DNA of 35,335 nt from Nemertoderma westbladi (Eukaryota > Animalia > Xenacoelomorpha). The stretch's first letter is position 1; every line of letters starts with the position of its first letter. Position numbers and translations under genes: made by a program. The notes below the pieces were generated by a model. It saw nothing but the letters and a program-made list of their open reading frames with translations. It did no database searches and had not been told where the DNA came from. Of this stretch, positions 31,861 to 35,335 are shown piece after piece. The stretch covers positions 1 through 35,335 of the forward strand of contig JAUCBJ010007188.1 of the NCBI GenBank assembly GCA_032718475.1, in the 5' to 3' direction.

Positions 31861-33080
31861 TTTTCCTCTTGGTCGGCAGTAGTGTTGTTTTCTTCGGTTG
31901 TTGCCTGTGCTGGAGATTTAGCGGCGGGCGTTGGCAATCTCCACTTCCTATCGCGTTTCCATTTCCCATTCTCGTCCGGGGTATACCGCCAAATAGACCC
32001 GTCTTGCCGTAAGCTGTAACTCTCCGAGTCGAGATCAGCCGCTAAGTTTAGTTGTTGCAACGTTTTCTTCCGTTCTCTAAACAGCTTCAGTTGCTCCTTA
32101 GATTGACTCGGTCTGATTTTTAGGTTTTTGATTATTTACGGTACAGTTCCAGAACTCTTTGCTTCTTCGAAACCCGACCGAAAGTTCCGCGCTTCGCTTT
32201 CCGAAGTGAAAGTAACTTTCACAATGCGCTCCTTATCATCGGTTTGTCGCCCCAGCCGTTGAAACTCGTTTATCGAAGAAGAGTTTACATTGGATGCCAC
32301 ACAGACATCGTTTACCGCTTGTCTGTCGGCCGCCAGGTTCGCTGATTCAGGCAAACGAGAGATTATCACCTCTCTTTTCAGTTTCTCTGAAGATAATGCT
32401 TCTTTAACTGAGGACTCCACAACTTGTGACAGCACAATGTTATTCCGTGCCGAGTTCCGAGATCCGCGGGTTCGAGCCTTCCGGCTTTTCTTATTGTTTC
32501 GTCGCGTTTCCCATTCTCCCTCGTCGTCGCTGACTTCCTCGCTCTCCTCCGCTGACAAGTCGGAGTCGCAAACTACCCCGAGATGTGCTTTAACGGAACC
32601 GATTTCCGCCACTACTGATTCGATGAGTTTCGTTTGATTTTCGACAATGAGTTTTAACTCGTTTACAGTTGATCGATTGCTCGTCGCCTCCTCCTCTGCC
32701 GCAGTGACCACTTGAACGAAGGTTGCACACTTGCTGCAAAACCATTTAAATTGGCTGTACCTGTTAAACTTTTCGAGTAATTCGGAAACAAGTTTATACG
32801 ACGGAAGTGAAATGTTCTCACATTTGGCGTGGAACCAAACCTTACAACCGTCACATGTAATACCGTTGTCTTGATCCTGTACCAGGAAGGATCATCGTCC
32901 GCAATTATATGTGCTTAGGTCGGCTACGCTGCCGGCACGTGTACCGGGTTGCGCAGATTTGTGGACTATGCCGCCACCAGCCGCTCTAGGAGAAGTTGTT
33001 GGCGTTGCAAGTCGAGCAGAATTTCGAGGAGGAACAGTAGGTTGGCGAATAGTTTCTTTGGGTCGGCGCGTTGTCGCCAT
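31857..33080 (-). pseudogene. CR1 ORF1 (PHD finger, coiled coil, RRM-like) with two in-frame stops
   Basis: ORFs 32892..33080, 32136..32711 and 31857..32060 share one frame; CGR*...CDGC..WFHAKC...WFCSKC PHD finger whose second Cys position is TGA; second stop TAA at 32136-32138. Confidence 0.88.
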
Positions 33081-34223
33081 TCCCGGTAAAACAGTTCAAC
33101 AGTTTGTGATATTTAAAACAAACCAAATTTAAAAATTCCGTACGGCAATATCGGTACGGGTATAGCAGTATATCAGTATACCCAGTAGTGTCTACACTAC
33201 AAGTTTTACTTCTATACCCACTAACTACTCCCACAGCACAGCCCACCAACCCCCCCCGCCCCCCCCTACCTCCCACTATCTCTCACTCCCCACCTCTCTC
33301 TCACAGAGCTGTCCTACCAAACCTATCTTATCTCCCTATCGAACCTGTTGTATTACATCTAACCAATATTAGTTATTAGTTAACTTCTCTACCTTTGTGA
33401 AGAGCCTATGAATTTCCACGGTTACACCAAATAATTCCACTACTAATGACTCACAACCAGATAGCTTATCCAGCGGCTTTCATTGATTGGCTAAACTCTT
33501 GGCTATCATTTGGTTACATGTTATGCCTGCACTGCCTATAAGCAAACCAACAACAATAATCTGTACATTATTACTGTTCTGGGTTTGTGTATTGCGTTAT
33601 TTTATATATAGATAGCTAATGGCCTGAATGTAGATCGATCGCACATCAACCACTTTTCATCATATTTGTTTAGGCCTAAGGCAGCAAGGCAGGTATCAGG
33701 TAGCATACTGTAACCGTATTTATATTAATTAATTTCTTCGATTTTAGGTGTAAGCATAAGTACTTTGTAAACATAGGCCTGTCCACCTGTTGCTTCTATG
33801 CTATATCAGTTCAGTAAATGGTAAGCCAATACTTAGGCTGTTAGGCCAACAGCATTGGTTCTGTGGTTTGGAAGCAGTGGAATTGTGCACTGGAAGGCAC
33901 CCAACCACCCAGGTAGTTGTCTGGTGGTACTTTAAATTAATCAAATAGCTGAATAGTCTGATAGTGTAATAAATCAAGAACTAAAGCCCGGTTTCCATGA
34001 TTTAACATTAGCTACAGTACTATAGCTATGTGCCGCACTGAAAATGGCCAATGAAGTGGCCACTGAAGTGGCCACTGAAAATTGCAAATAAGGCTAGCTG
34101 CAGTAATACTACAGCATCAATAGTAGGCCTACTACACTAATTAATACTACAATAGTAATACTAGCAGTTGGCCGCGGCTCACAGCTACCTCTTATTGTAT
34201 TTCAGATACTGTTATCTGGGTTC

Positions 34224-35335
34224 TCGGATACTGTTGAGCGGACGCCCGAACGCGGAGCGAAGATGGCGGATACGGTTTATGATGAGCGGCCAACCTATGA
34301 AGAATCAACCGACGCCACTTCTTCTCAAGTGGAAAGTGAGGTGGAAAGCGAAGTGGAAAGTGAGGTGGAAAGCGAGGTGGAAAGCGAATTAACATCAGCA
34401 GAGAAGCCGCGAACTAGAGACGCTATCGACATTTATTTGTCCGACTATCAGCGATTCCTAGGAGACGAAGAGTTGAGGAGACGGCTGTCTGGACTTTCCC
34501 CTAATGACTTTCCCCTAATAGTGAAGGAACCAAGCTTGTGTTGGACGCAATCGATGCCGAAATGTTAGCTGCAAACCAAGCTGAATGTGATGAAAAACTC
34601 CGCCTCATTAGAGTCCGAGAAGAACAAGTAAAGAAAAGAAGGATAGAGGAACAAAAGGCGGCGGCTATGGCAGAAGCAGAAGTAGAAAGAAAGGCAGCGG
34701 CGGCAGATGCAAAAGCAGCAAAGGCAGTGGCAGAAGCAGAACGGAGAGCCTCTGAGCAGACTACCCAACTGGAGTTGGAAAATCTGCAAGAGACACAAGA
34801 CAGTATAAATAAACAGTTTACTGCTAATCAAATGCAGATGATGAGAAAATCTACTCCCAAGCGCCAGGGATACACATCCTCGGAGGAAGGCGAGACCACC
34901 GATCCTGAAGGCGGAGGAAATAGATCTCATCTAAGTAGGCGTAGAAAAACATCTTACCGTCGCAAATTGCCTGATTTGCCCCCAGCTGTTAAAAGACAGC
35001 TAACTAGCACAGACTTAGGTAGTGCAGAACCCATAGAACAATTTATCCAGGTCAAAAGACTCCCTACTATAGTCGATGAACCTGAAATAATTAGGCCTGT
35101 TGTTCCCAAAGTCACTTCTGTGCTAGAGACCCCTGCACTTCCAGAGCTTAACTCTAAATTCCCTTTACATAGTACTACACTGCCTGTACCCGGTGGAACA
35201 GTCCAAGAGAATATCCCTGTCCAGATAGCAGAGAGAGAAATCAAAAATTTGTCTCCCGTCGTCCCGCGTCAGCCCGCTACTATGTTGGCGACTCCCGCTT
35301 CGGCGGTTGAGTGGGTGGAAGAGGGACGGCGGGGG
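34224..35335 (+). pseudogene. Second, 5'-truncated copy of the BEL gag region (runs off the window)
   Basis: Matches 20858 onward, apparently identical except for a 14-bp tandem duplication GACTTTCCCCTAAT (~34492-34519) that frameshifts it; no LTR or leader upstream. Confidence 0.95.

Larger units (their letters stand above)
28929..33400 (-). mobile_element. CR1-clade LINE, main body; 5' boundary approximate
   Basis: PHD-containing ORF1, APE-RT ORF2 with CR1-type C-terminus RGHQYKL...F.NRIV..WN.LP. Confidence 0.92.

Noticed and set aside
34017-34080. 12-bp GTGGCCACTGAA tandem
   Set aside because: Only ~3 copies; ordinary slippage repeat

Overview
Eukaryotic (probably invertebrate metazoan) DNA made almost entirely of nested transposable elements; no host gene is recognisable. 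From left to right: (1) 1-7107 is a near-identical tandem duplication (unit ~4.3 kb). Each unit holds a minus-strand LTR element fragment (517-bp LTR plus a degraded gag-like ORF) and a 27-bp minisatellite. (2) ~6925-9017 is a decayed long plus-strand ORF split in frame by a 411-bp solo LTR with an ATTGA target-site duplication (TSD). (3) ~10461-15400 is an intact minus-strand CR1-group LINE whose ORF2 carries an in-frame Pro-rich repeat insertion. (4) 17053-28928 is a young 11.9-kb BEL/Pao element with 1270-bp LTRs and an ATTGT TSD. It encodes Gag-protease only (RT and integrase deleted in frame) plus an accessory CCHC zinc-knuckle ORF. It sits in the 3' UTR of (5) a second minus-strand CR1 LINE. 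(6) 34224-end is an isolated copy of the BEL gag. Most notable: neither LTR family has a TGG-type tRNA primer-binding site. In both, the bases right after the 5' LTR are perfectly complementary to a segment of the element's own LTR (11 nt and 9 nt), suggesting Tf1-like self-primed reverse transcription. All alignments were done by eye.
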